From Paraphysomonas bandaiensis (Eukaryota; Protista; Chrysophyceae), in assembly GCA_965644295.1 (NCBI GenBank), contig CBFFRP010000180.1:1-64000 (forward strand): 64,000 bases of DNA, in the 5' to 3' direction. The translations under genes and the position numbers were made by a program. Of the stretch, positions 52,607-62,412 are shown piece by piece (within the stretch, counting starts at the first letter, position 1; every line of letters begins with the position of its first letter). The notes beneath the pieces were generated by a model. That model had not been told where the DNA came from and made no database searches. It worked only from the letters and a program-made list of their open reading frames with translations.

Positions 52607-52653
52607 AATCGTTATACATTATAATTAGAAATTAAAATTAAGCAATGTGTTTA

Positions 52654-54069
52654 CTAAAATTGAGTGTAGCAGACTCCGGCTTCACACACCATAACAGCGT
52701 CATACATTGCGTATGTATCAAATCTGACGGATGGAGTTGTTGCATTAGCGTTATATGTACAGTGCCAAAACACATCATCATTAGAGGTATTGTATCCTGA
52801 GTAGATAGAATCTTTATCAGCATTTGAATATGTTTCAAGATCCATACCAACAAAGAAAGCCTCTGAACTGGCGGTATCATCTACATAATTTTCTGTTTCA
52901 GCATTAACCGTTGGGACATCAACATCATAATCTCCTAAATCAATATTAGGCTCGTGATTGATATCTGACACGCTACCTATAGCCTTTATAGCTTCAATGA
53001 AAAACTCGGGTACTGTTTCGGGTGCTTTAGATGGTACAACTTTTGAACCTAATCGGAGCGTATATTGTGCAAGATTATAATGACATGAACCCATAGGAAA
53101 ATAAGTAATAGCACCGTCGGCATTTTCTCTTTGAGTCATAAAAAGAGATTTCAAGCTGTTGAATTTAGCTGGCACAGGTATAGATACTTGTGTTGATGCG
53201 TTTGCTAGTGTTGCATTATATACATAGTTTCTCCATGCAGGAACAACCCACTCAAGTCTTCCACCAGGTGCGGAATTATTGATTATATTCATTGCTTCAC
53301 TTCCAAGCTCCATAAATTGAGCAATAAATTCACAGTTATTTACTTTAAAAGAGGACAATGCAAGTTCAGAACAAATAAATTTCGCTGGGCTAGAAACTAG
53401 TTGAAGCTCAAGTCTAAGAGGTGCGCTTGTCATTGCAAAAAGAGGAATGTATTTGTCAGAGAGAGATCCAACGATAGAGAGCAAGTTAATGGTGTAAGTT
53501 CTAGTAAGAGTATCTCCGCCCGCTGCGATATCTGCAAACTGTGTTGTTTGTCCGTCATCAATAAGTCTTTCACCTGAGTTAATAGTAAAAACTTGGTTGG
53601 TTGCCCCTTGAATTTTTGTTAATAGAGTACCTGCATCTGCTACTGTTGAATCAGTCACATCACAAAAGGAATCTCTCGTTAACCCAGCCATAATGTTTAA
53701 TTTACCTTTAACAGAATCTCCAGATTGTTGTAATGACATAAGCATACCGACAAGATTACCGTAGTTATCAATATCTTCTAGGAGTTGAGAGCCATGATAA
53801 AGTCTAAGCCTTTGAATGCAACCGTGAGCTCCAGCTCTATCTAAACGGGCGTAGGCATTTGCTCCGGCTCCATTAGTTACTGTCAAGTCAAATTTTAAGA
53901 GTGATTCAGAACCCGCCATAACGAGATTCTGAGCTGTGGGGATATTAATGATGATAGTCTGCCCATCTAAGTAGTTTCCGACGCCATTCAATGGTTGAAT
54001 GTGAGTGGAAAAGTTACGGGCATAAGCGCTTGATCGCTTGTTGGTGTATAATAGGTTGCGTGGTATCAA
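52654..54069 (-). CDS. Major capsid protein (double jelly-roll, PLV type); starts at TTG
   Basis: 471-aa beta-rich protein with IQRLRLYHGSQLLEDIDNYG, KYIPLFAM..PLRLELQL and FFVGMDLE..IYSG patterns typical of PLV capsids; clustered with penton and ATPase. Confidence 0.88.
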   Translation of the reverse strand: MIPRNLLYTNKRSSAYARNFSTHIQPLNGVGNYLDGQTIIINIPTAQNLVMAGSESLLKFDLTVTNGAGANAYARLDRAGAHGCIQRLRLYHGSQLLEDIDNYGNLVGMLMSLQQSGDSVKGKLNIMAGLTRDSFCDVTDSTVADAGTLLTKIQGATNQVFTINSGERLIDDGQTTQFADIAAGGDTLTRTYTINLLSIVGSLSDKYIPLFAMTSAPLRLELQLVSSPAKFICSELALSSFKVNNCEFIAQFMELGSEAMNIINNSAPGGRLEWVVPAWRNYVYNATLANASTQVSIPVPAKFNSLKSLFMTQRENADGAITYFPMGSCHYNLAQYTLRLGSKVVPSKAPETVPEFFIEAIKAIGSVSDINHEPNIDLGDYDVDVPTVNAETENYVDDTASSEAFFVGMDLETYSNADKDSIYSGYNTSNDDVFWHCTYNANATTPSVRFDTYAMYDAVMVCEAGVCYTQF

Positions 54070-54128
54070 AATAGTTATATATTATATGGATAAAATAATT
54101 ATCTATATAATTTCAAAATAAATGCGTT

Positions 54129-54611
54129 TTATATTGTGTTGTTATTCATGTAATCTATATGTTTCTTGGTTTTAATATGCTTATAAATAGAATCTCTTCG
54201 CATAACTTGGCCACAAGTACAGGTAACTTTTTCAGCACCACGTTTATTGTTGGCATCCTTTCTGTCCTGTCTTTGATTTCTTATACGTTCGTATTCCTTT
54301 TTGCTCTCCGCGGTATGAACAACATTTTTGATTTTATTCACACAATCATTGTTTTGAATGTAGTGCCCTTCTCTTGCATGTAATTCATCTTTGCTGTTGC
54401 AAGGGTAGTTTTCTACTAAATAGATTGCACAATCAGGTTCATCTAGCAATTTAAATGAATAAGTGTAGTGATCTTTTCCTTTTTTGTAGCAATTATAATT
54501 GTTGCGATGTTTAGCCAATCTTCTGGCTAGCGTAGGTTCACATGTTGATCCGTAATAAGTTTTACCACCTCCAACAATCTTGTAAATTTTACCTCTCTGA
54601 TAATCTGGCAT
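54129..54611 (-). CDS. GIY-YIG endonuclease with a C-terminal Zn finger
   Basis: GKIYKI..TYYGST..LARRLAKH..ELHAREGHYI..CVN; CTCG..H...H. Confidence 0.88.
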   Translation of the reverse strand: MPDYQRGKIYKIVGGGKTYYGSTCEPTLARRLAKHRNNYNCYKKGKDHYTYSFKLLDEPDCAIYLVENYPCNSKDELHAREGHYIQNNDCVNKIKNVVHTAESKKEYERIRNQRQDRKDANNKRGAEKVTCTCGQVMRRDSIYKHIKTKKHIDYMNNNTI

Positions 54612-54680
54612 ATTCTTTTATACTCTAACATATTCTTATATCTTAAAGTATTTTAAATTAAAAATTGACTTAAACATTAT

Positions 54681-55124
54681 TTATGCGAATCCATCACCGG
54701 CGTCATCTGCGGTGGCTTGTGCGATCTTTTTCCTAGAGTTCCACTTTTCGAGATCATTAGCGTGTTTGTTGGCATGTTTAAGAGCTTTGTTACTTGCGTT
54801 CTTATATTTGTGTAAAGCTTTATCCCCTTTATCAAGCCCTTTTCTAGCACCATGCAATCCTTTACTTGCTAAAGCTATACCATCGCCTACTATAGGGACG
54901 TTTGATGCACCAGAATCTACTGCAGTAGTGAGTACAGCGTCGGCTATATCAACCCCCTTTCTAACGTTGTGTAAAACTTTTGATCCAGTATTAACCACTT
55001 TACGGTTGATCTTTTGTGCTTTTTGAAGTACGTCGTGAGATTTATGCCCTAATTGATGAGCCTTCTTATCTATTTTGTGACCAAGCTTTCGAACACCTCG
55101 ATCAAACTTCTTACCTAGTTTCAT
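54681..55124 (-). CDS. Basic amphipathic viral protein (candidate internal or membrane-penetration protein)
   Basis: 11-mer repeats KLGKKFDRGVR/KLGHKIDKKAH/QLGHKSHDVLQ and a central VPIVG; located between the penton and capsid genes. Confidence 0.6.
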   Translation of the reverse strand: MKLGKKFDRGVRKLGHKIDKKAHQLGHKSHDVLQKAQKINRKVVNTGSKVLHNVRKGVDIADAVLTTAVDSGASNVPIVGDGIALASKGLHGARKGLDKGDKALHKYKNASNKALKHANKHANDLEKWNSRKKIAQATADDAGDGFA

Positions 55125-55148
55125 GTATATATATACACTATATTTTAA

Positions 55149-55883
55149 TTATTCTATATCAAGCTCTAGAGTTAAAGACCAATGAACTCCATTCAGATCA
55201 AGCACATCATCATCTTGATCCGTGAGTTTAACATGTAAATTTGTTAAATTATGAACATTATAGATCATATTACGAACATTGTATATATTAGAGTAACTGA
55301 TCATACTGTGATGGGAAGAATCTACAGGAATACTGCATAATATATTACTTTTATTAGGTGTTGAATTGTTAATATTATTGATTTGAAAGTTATCAGATGT
55401 AACATAAACATTTCTAATTGTGAATAAATTAATTGATATGGTACTTGTAAGCACTTGTGACGTTGACGAGTATGTTGTATCATCTGTAAAACCAAGAACT
55501 TCAAAACAAGTACTATTCGATTCAAATGTAAAATCATATGTACTATGTGAAAAGGTTAATTTGTTTGTTTTGCTGTTATATGTGATTGTCAAAGCGGGTA
55601 TGCCAGTTGTAATTTCTGTTATCAAGGTATTAACGTTATAATTTCCTTCTGTAATAGTTAATGTTTGTACTCCACCACCATTGACTGTATATTTTAAAGT
55701 GTTATTAATTGAACTAATGTTGTAAAATGAATAGGGTATCATCGCCGTTTGAACTGAACAAAATATCTTTCTATGTTTTGGAATATTGATGACCGGTAAA
55801 TAAAAAACACAATCCGATGTATTGCCGTTAATATATTTACTCGCCGTCTTGCTGTTCAGAAAGAGACATATCTTTTCGCTCAT
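55149..55883 (-). CDS. Minor capsid (penton) protein
   Basis: IPYSFYNI..NN, ITEGNY, CFEVLGF, ILCSIPV and LTDQDDDVLDLNGVHWSLTL are typical PLV penton motifs. Confidence 0.88.
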   Translation of the reverse strand: MSEKICLFLNSKTASKYINGNTSDCVFYLPVINIPKHRKIFCSVQTAMIPYSFYNISSINNTLKYTVNGGGVQTLTITEGNYNVNTLITEITTGIPALTITYNSKTNKLTFSHSTYDFTFESNSTCFEVLGFTDDTTYSSTSQVLTSTISINLFTIRNVYVTSDNFQINNINNSTPNKSNILCSIPVDSSHHSMISYSNIYNVRNMIYNVHNLTNLHVKLTDQDDDVLDLNGVHWSLTLELDIE

Positions 55884-56217
55884 CTATATTATTACAATCA
55901 TATATTTTTCTATTCATTAACTCCTCTAGTGGAGAATCACTTATATTTTCAGCAATAGTTTCAAGTACTTGTTGCCATCCTGGAATGTGAAAACCTGTTC
56001 CATTTGGCATATTGTTTAATACGTGACTTATTCCTCGTCTTTTAAAAGAATCGTTGTAGTGTAACATATTTATATCTATAACTTCATCTAAGCGTTTTGG
56101 TCTGACCTGATAATCAAGTTCATCCGGTAGTTCATCCTCTGAGTCGGATGATAAATAATACTGCGTTTCAGAATCATATTGCAATTCGGTTGAATCATTT
56201 TCTGTATCACTGTTCAT
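55837..56217 (-). CDS. Viral hypothetical acidic protein
   Basis: 126-aa ORF with a TATATA-ATG leader, co-oriented within the capsid block. Confidence 0.7.
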   Translation of the reverse strand: MNSDTENDSTELQYDSETQYYLSSDSEDELPDELDYQVRPKRLDEVIDINMLHYNDSFKRRGISHVLNNMPNGTGFHIPGWQQVLETIAENISDSPLEELMNRKIYDCNNIDERKDMSLSEQQDGE

Positions 56218-56236
56218 TATATATATTAATTAGATA

Positions 56237-56968
56237 TTAATTATTATCAATTGATAGCGTGTTAAAGTTTTTAAATAATTTGTTTTCAACTGTATCCACA
56301 TCTAAATGATTATAGTTTTTATCATAAACATAATCATAGAGCTCAACAGCATTATCTTTTGTCATATTTAATAGTTCTGATGTTACAACTGTCCACTCTT
56401 GTTGATTTTTAGGTTTAAACAAAGTCATGTTAGTTATTTGTTTTCTCAATGTTAATGGAAATAAATTGTATGATTGTAATGTAAAAACAAAAGCTGTATT
56501 TAAATGTCTTGCTTTGATAAGCATTCTGTTCAAATGTTTAATTAAAACATTGTCTTTTAAATGATTTGCATAATCATCAATAATAACTAAATTATATTCT
56601 GGAGGAATACCCTGCTCTATATTACTTTCTTTTAAGTTTGATAATTCATCATATATTATATCCAATAATTCCGGTGTTAATTCATGATATACCTTTCCAT
56701 GCTCACTAAAAGGATGTTTTTCTACACTGAGAAAGCTACTCTGTGGGGTGATTAAGTATATATTATCAAATTTGGCTCTGTAAAATCTAGATGACTTAAA
56801 CATTGACAATAATAAACTTGTTTTTCCTGATCCACCAGATCCTATTAAAGTATATATAAACCCATTTCGATGTGGTAAGTGTTCATTGATGTTTGGTATA
56901 TAGACGTCCATAACTTCTTTAATAGGTGCTGTATTAGGCAAATCAGAAGGTGTTTCTGTTATTTTCAT
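56237..56968 (-). CDS. DNA packaging ATPase (A32-like, FtsK-HerA superfamily)
   Basis: Walker A GSGGSGKT, Walker B LVIIDD, ARH motif, TLQ, LRKQ. Confidence 0.93.
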   Translation of the reverse strand: MKITETPSDLPNTAPIKEVMDVYIPNINEHLPHRNGFIYTLIGSGGSGKTSLLLSMFKSSRFYRAKFDNIYLITPQSSFLSVEKHPFSEHGKVYHELTPELLDIIYDELSNLKESNIEQGIPPEYNLVIIDDYANHLKDNVLIKHLNRMLIKARHLNTAFVFTLQSYNLFPLTLRKQITNMTLFKPKNQQEWTVVTSELLNMTKDNAVELYDYVYDKNYNHLDVDTVENKLFKNFNTLSIDNN

Positions 56969-57026
56969 TATATTATGAGTAAATATATTAATATTTTGTA
57001 AATATTTTTTCTACAGTAACTATATA

Positions 57027-57581
57027 ATGGTAGAACCCGAAGAATATATAGAAGAATCAATTCCTTTAACAAAGCCGAAAAGACAGGTCAAACAACTCGC
57101 AACCATACCAGAGGAGCCTGTTAACACACCCCAAGCACCTATTCAGTCCGCTCCTGTGAAAAAGAAAAGAGTGATGACAAAGCCTAAAACACAAGCCCAA
57201 CTACAAGCATTTGAAAAGGCTAGACAAAAGAGAGCAGAGAATGCTGCAAAGAGGCAACAAGAAAAGGAATTACATTATGCAAAATTATTAGCCAAACATC
57301 AAGAAGAACAATCAGTACCGGAGACAGCTCCTAAACCAGAGCCAGCACCAAGGCCTGTTGTTAAACGAGCTCCAAGGCAAAAAATAATATATGATGATTC
57401 AGAATCAGATGAAGAGGTTATAGTTGTTAAAAGACCATCCAAAAGAAAACCAAAAAAGAAAACAATTGTGGTTGAATCATCAGAATCTGAATCAGAATCA
57501 GAAGATGAACAAGTATCTATACAAAGACAACCCGCTACACAAAGACATGTGACATTTAATTCAGATGATTATTTCGCATAA
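57027..57581 (+). CDS. Viral hypothetical low-complexity K/E/P-rich protein
   Basis: 184-aa ORF with a QLQAFEKARQKR helix and acidic SESE tracts; TATATA-ATG leader. Confidence 0.8.
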   Translation: MVEPEEYIEESIPLTKPKRQVKQLATIPEEPVNTPQAPIQSAPVKKKRVMTKPKTQAQLQAFEKARQKRAENAAKRQQEKELHYAKLLAKHQEEQSVPETAPKPEPAPRPVVKRAPRQKIIYDDSESDEEVIVVKRPSKRKPKKKTIVVESSESESESEDEQVSIQRQPATQRHVTFNSDDYFA

Positions 57582-57610
57582 TATTATCTTTCACTATTAT
57601 ATAAATACTA

Positions 57611-58681
57611 ATGAAGGAGAAGAAAATCTATTTATCTCTTGACGACTTACATAAACTTTATGGTATTGCACCAGATTTGATTTTAAAAAGAAAAAGAACA
57701 AAGAAAAAGCGCAAAGCTAAAGGGAAAAAGAAAACTAATTTTGGTACAGGTGTAAATAAGCAATTTGGTGGGGGCGGAATAGGAGGTGTTTCCGGTGTGG
57801 GTGCTGTACATAGCTCAACCATTGACAGAAGAGAGATTGATATATTGCGAGGACAGTTAAATGAAGCTAAAAACAATCCAAAGAATCCCGCCAATGAAGG
57901 AGTGTTGAGACTTGAAAATGTACCAGAAGAGTTAAAAGAGACTTTCAAATTTGCAAAATTAGCTAATGACGGGTATGCGTCTGGAAATATTAAAGTCTCT
58001 AAATCTCCAGCTGGAAATTTAATAATGGGTCCAACATCTCAAAAACAAAAAACTGCGCAACGAAGAAGAGCCATTGATATATCCAGCAGGGCAGATCATA
58101 CCATCAACCCCGCACCACCAATATCTACAAGTAATGATATGACTTATACACAGCCATTAGAATTTAAATCAAATGATCAGGTGGAAGAATTAGACGATGA
58201 TTTTGAAGATGATGTTGAGGATTTGCCTTTAGAGCCAAAAACTAAATTAGCTAAACCAAAAGGCAGAACTCAAAAACAGAAAGAAGCAACAAAACAATTA
58301 GTTCAACGTAGTAAAGACAAGAAAAGCGAAAGATTGAACAGAGAAGGTATGGAGGCAGAGGACTATGATGCCGATAAAGCAATTAGAGCCAAAAATCACT
58401 TTGAAAAAAGACATATGAGGCAAGGATTAGAAGGCTTGTATGTCAATAATGACCCACAAACTAAGCAAATGAATGACATTAGAAAAACAGAAATGAATAT
58501 AAAACAAAAAGATGAAATAGAGGATGAGAACATGCATAAACTAAGAACAAAGCATCATGTCCGAACTCATAAAATCAAGCCACCAAGCACACCGGTTCCA
58601 GCAGAATATTTTACTCCTAGAAAAGTTGAATTTGGTTGGGGTGATTGGAGCAGTAATAACTCAGATGATGGTTTCGCTTAA
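57611..58681 (+). CDS. Viral hypothetical protein (basic N-terminus, Gly-rich segment)
   Basis: 356-aa intact ORF. Confidence 0.8.
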   Translation: MKEKKIYLSLDDLHKLYGIAPDLILKRKRTKKKRKAKGKKKTNFGTGVNKQFGGGGIGGVSGVGAVHSSTIDRREIDILRGQLNEAKNNPKNPANEGVLRLENVPEELKETFKFAKLANDGYASGNIKVSKSPAGNLIMGPTSQKQKTAQRRRAIDISSRADHTINPAPPISTSNDMTYTQPLEFKSNDQVEELDDDFEDDVEDLPLEPKTKLAKPKGRTQKQKEATKQLVQRSKDKKSERLNREGMEAEDYDADKAIRAKNHFEKRHMRQGLEGLYVNNDPQTKQMNDIRKTEMNIKQKDEIEDENMHKLRTKHHVRTHKIKPPSTPVPAEYFTPRKVEFGWGDWSSNNSDDGFA

Positions 58682-58720
58682 ATATAAAATGTTTAAATAT
58701 TTTGTGTCACAATTATATAA

Positions 58721-59224
58721 ATGAGAAAAGTAGTTATTAAAGACAACGACAACAACAGACCTCTTGGAGTTGAAGAAACTAAAGAGATAGAAGCTGAAGT
58801 TAAACGTGAATGTAGTTTCAGACATCGATCGATTCCAGACAAAAAACTATTTAATGTTGAGTTAAATGGACTTTCTGACAAAATTAAAGAAATTAAACTT
58901 GAAAATCAACAGTACGAATTAGTCACTAAAATTCAATCTGTTTTAGATCTCTTTGATCCTGATTCGAATAAATACAATGAACAAATTCTATTATTTACTT
59001 GTCAAGCAGTTGAAAATTTTATCACAAAACCGAAATCTGGTGATAGAAAACTAGCGGTTGTAGTTGAAGCGGTTAAAAAATATTTCAATAATGACATAGA
59101 ATTAATTGTCAAAATGGTTGAAATATTACTACCACGAATTAAAAAAATGAATTTTATTAGGCGTAATTGGAAGAGAGTAGCACGTTTTTTTTGCGGTCAG
59201 CAGCAGAGCGAGCCGTTGATATAG
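58721..59224 (+). CDS. Viral hypothetical protein; possible -1 frameshift extension to 59280
   Basis: 167-aa ORF with a T8 run near its 3' end. Confidence 0.75.
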   Translation: MRKVVIKDNDNNRPLGVEETKEIEAEVKRECSFRHRSIPDKKLFNVELNGLSDKIKEIKLENQQYELVTKIQSVLDLFDPDSNKYNEQILLFTCQAVENFITKPKSGDRKLAVVVEAVKKYFNNDIELIVKMVEILLPRIKKMNFIRRNWKRVARFFCGQQQSEPLI

Positions 59225-59303
59225 CTATAACAAAAGCTTTTAAAATATTACTATTACCTATGATACTTGCCATTTTATAATTTTATTGATTATTGATATA
59301 ATA

Positions 59304-59570
59304 ATGAATAAAGAGAAACTTAAACAGTATAATCATGAATATTACTTAAAGAACAGAGACACATTATTGATTCGAAATAGAATTTACTATTTTAATAATA
59401 AAGCTAAATGTAATGAGTATGCTAGAAACTATTATTATAAAAAAATTAAAACACTTAAAGGGGATGAAGAATATAAGAAATGGGTACACACAAAAAAGGA
59501 TACCAAAAGGAAAAAACAGAAAAAATATAAAGTTATCGATGATGATACATTTATAATAAATTTTACTTAA
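59304..59570 (+). CDS. Small basic Tyr/Lys-rich viral protein
   Basis: KQYNHEYYLKNRD/NEYARNYYYKK repeats, a style common in large DNA viruses. Confidence 0.7.
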   Translation: MNKEKLKQYNHEYYLKNRDTLLIRNRIYYFNNKAKCNEYARNYYYKKIKTLKGDEEYKKWVHTKKDTKRKKQKKYKVIDDDTFIINFT

Positions 59571-59983
59571 AGATTTCTATGTTTACTTGAACATTTATGT
59601 TTAGTTTTTTGAGATTCTGGAAATGATTCTTGACATCCCCAACAATACATCAATGGATCAGTTTCACGAGAAGGTCGTTTACTGACCGCGCCTCTTGAAC
59701 CAGCAGGGAGCTGATGCTTCAGCGAGTCGTCTTGTTTAGATTTCTTGATGTCTTCTAATTCTTGTTTTATTGCTTCTAATTCGCTTGAAACATTTAATTT
59801 TGCTTGTCTTCTCTCTGCCGTTGTCATGCATACTTTTGATGTTTGATGTTTCTTCATATTTTGATGTGATACTATTCTGCCACATTTTAAACATTCTTCT
59901 TTTTCAAATAGCTTTGCACATATTGCGCTTTTCTTTTCAGCGTAGTATTTTTTATTATACTCTCTTCTTGATTCTTTGTTCAT
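59567..59983 (-). CDS. Viral Zn-finger protein
   Basis: REYNKKYY, CLKCG..H..C, a coiled coil, and CWGC..H.C. Confidence 0.75.
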   Translation of the reverse strand: MNKESRREYNKKYYAEKKSAICAKLFEKEECLKCGRIVSHQNMKKHQTSKVCMTTAERRQAKLNVSSELEAIKQELEDIKKSKQDDSLKHQLPAGSRGAVSKRPSRETDPLMYCWGCQESFPESQKTKHKCSSKHRNL

Positions 59984-60073
59984 TATACTATACTCTTATA
60001 TATTAATTTCTTTTTAAGTGTTTTTTACTAAATTAGTTTATTTATATTTTTTATATGTGTATTATATATCATT

Positions 60074-61120
60074 ATGAATGATCTTATTAAAAAATATGAT
60101 ATCGATGAAACATTAACAAGACCAATTAAACAAGCCAAGAAGAAAAGATATAATCGAATAAAAGATAATATACCACTTAAAGAAGATTATAACTTCATGG
60201 CGGATGTGTTGCATTTACCAAAAGATAAAAAAGGATATCAATATTTATTAGTTGTTGTTGATTTGGCAACTGATGAGTTTGATATGGAACCAATGAAAAC
60301 AGAAAACTCTGATGAAACTTTAAAAGCAATAAAGGCTATATTTCAACGTAATCATCTTAATAAACCGTACGCTTCTATTCGAACAGATGGCGGTGCATCA
60401 TTTAAAAAAGGTTTTGCAAAATATTTGTACGACGAAAGTATTTTACATAGCGTTGCATTAGCGGGACGACATAAACAAATGTCAGCAGTGGAGAGTTTAA
60501 ATAGAACATTAGGCAGATTTTTTAATGGTTATATGAATAGCATTGAGTTAAAAACTGGAAAAATTTATAGAGAATGGACTGATATAGTTGATAAGCTAAG
60601 AATAGATTTGAATAAACTAAGGAAGAAAGATGTGTCTAATATTGACTTGGCAACACATAAGTATCCTGTTCCAGACACAACCAAATCAAAACCTAAATAT
60701 AATGTGGGTGACTTTGTGTATCGAAAATTAGACAAACCCAAAAATGCTTTAAATGAAACTATTAATTCTGATGTGTTTCGAGAAGGTGACTTCCGCTTTG
60801 ACCCTATACCTGTAAAAATTAAACAAATATTGTATTATCCTGGAAAAGTTACATACAGATATATGTTAAGTGGTATTAAAAATGCATCCTTTACAGAAGA
60901 TGAATTAATGCCTGCACCTGATGCCGAAGAAGAACAAGTTGAAATTAAAATGATTCTTGATAAACGATTTTTTGATGGCGAAGATCATTATCAAGTTTGG
61001 ATGTATGGAGAGTTAAAAAAAGACGCGGGATGGTATGCTAAAAGTGATTTACTAAAAACTGTTGATAAAAAGTTATTAGATGATTTTGATAAAAGCATTA
61101 AGAAAAAGAAAAAACGTTAA
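60074..61120 (+). CDS. Retroviral-like (rve) integrase with a C-terminal chromodomain, Polinton type
   Basis: DDE triad in MAD, IRTDGG and AVE; YLLVVVD; PKYNVGDFV; IKMILDKR..HYQVWMYG..W. Confidence 0.93.
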   Translation: MNDLIKKYDIDETLTRPIKQAKKKRYNRIKDNIPLKEDYNFMADVLHLPKDKKGYQYLLVVVDLATDEFDMEPMKTENSDETLKAIKAIFQRNHLNKPYASIRTDGGASFKKGFAKYLYDESILHSVALAGRHKQMSAVESLNRTLGRFFNGYMNSIELKTGKIYREWTDIVDKLRIDLNKLRKKDVSNIDLATHKYPVPDTTKSKPKYNVGDFVYRKLDKPKNALNETINSDVFREGDFRFDPIPVKIKQILYYPGKVTYRYMLSGIKNASFTEDELMPAPDAEEEQVEIKMILDKRFFDGEDHYQVWMYGELKKDAGWYAKSDLLKTVDKKLLDDFDKSIKKKKKR

Positions 61121-62367
61121 CAACATTCTTTAATATGTGATTTTATGTCTTTGTATTTAAGTCGCTCGTCACACTTTGGACATATATGATCGTATCCATT
61201 TACATGTCTCCATTCAATCAGACCCAAAGTTTTATCTTCTCGCAATAGATTGGGTATATCTAATTTTGGATCTTTCTTAAAGACAACACAGTCGGTGTGA
61301 ATACGAATGACGTTGTCAATATCCTTCAATGCCACTTCTGCTATTTTGTTTCTTGCATATGAAAGCAAAAAAGGAAGCAGTCTAATATTGTATTTAAAAG
61401 GATTATTTGAATCTAAAAGTTTATAATTCTCTTCATCGTTACTATGTGCTGACATATACTTATCATGTACAATATAATCGCATTCTTTTGTATATCCCCA
61501 GTCATAACCTTCTTTTTCTAATTCATCATATGATTTATATATCATATTGTACTGCGTTAACGTTCCCCATAGCGATGACATCAAATGTTTTACAAGTTTG
61601 TTGTTGGGATACAACTTTTTTAACTGAATTAAACGATTGTACCATTCTCCAAATATTTCACTAGCTTTTACTAAATCTTTTGTTCTGTATATGTATGCGT
61701 TTGGTTTATCATCAACAATTAACTCAATATTTACATCAAATTTCCTTTTGTATTTCATTGCATGTTTTAGAGATATATGAGTATATGTATGTTTTGGAGA
61801 AAATGAAAATATCTTTTTAAAGTTTTTATTATCAGATGTAATTTTAACTCTGTATATTCCGTATTTAAGTTTAGAACGTTTCTTTAACTTCTTTAAATAT
61901 TTTTCTTTTCCTTTCTTTGTAGGTATTAAAAAGTTATCATCTATTAGTAGAGATGGATAAAATCCACTAAAATCGTATCCATATGAATTAAATACTCCCG
62001 GCTCGCAAAACTGTAAACCTGCATTATAACAATCCTGAAAGTATCCATTTTCTATTTTTTTAATCCTTTCATGATGTTCATATTTTCCTTTACAATATTG
62101 CACAAAGATACATTTAATAGCTCCCAAGTGAGAATGAAACTTTTTGTAATTAATTGACAAGTTTTTAGTAAATCTCATCTCTCTACACCACGCCCTGAAA
62201 TCTTTACCATACTGTTTTATTCCTTCATCTGATGCTTCGTATCCTTTAAACAATCGATAGGCATATTCTAATTTCATACATTTCTCATGTGACATGTCTG
62301 AAAAGATGTAGTTCTTAACATCTAAAACTCTGTACATGTCACTATTCATTTTATAATAAAAATACAT
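61117..62367 (-). CDS. Compact family-B DNA polymerase (pPolB-derived, no exonuclease domain evident)
   Basis: Motif A YDFSGFYP, motif B KHLMSSLWG, SYAR, motif C IHTDC. Confidence 0.8.
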   Translation of the reverse strand: MYFYYKMNSDMYRVLDVKNYIFSDMSHEKCMKLEYAYRLFKGYEASDEGIKQYGKDFRAWCREMRFTKNLSINYKKFHSHLGAIKCIFVQYCKGKYEHHERIKKIENGYFQDCYNAGLQFCEPGVFNSYGYDFSGFYPSLLIDDNFLIPTKKGKEKYLKKLKKRSKLKYGIYRVKITSDNKNFKKIFSFSPKHTYTHISLKHAMKYKRKFDVNIELIVDDKPNAYIYRTKDLVKASEIFGEWYNRLIQLKKLYPNNKLVKHLMSSLWGTLTQYNMIYKSYDELEKEGYDWGYTKECDYIVHDKYMSAHSNDEENYKLLDSNNPFKYNIRLLPFLLSYARNKIAEVALKDIDNVIRIHTDCVVFKKDPKLDIPNLLREDKTLGLIEWRHVNGYDHICPKCDERLKYKDIKSHIKECC

Positions 62368-62412
62368 TCTATATATTATTATTATATTAATTATTTTTTA
62401 AGTAGTTTTATA

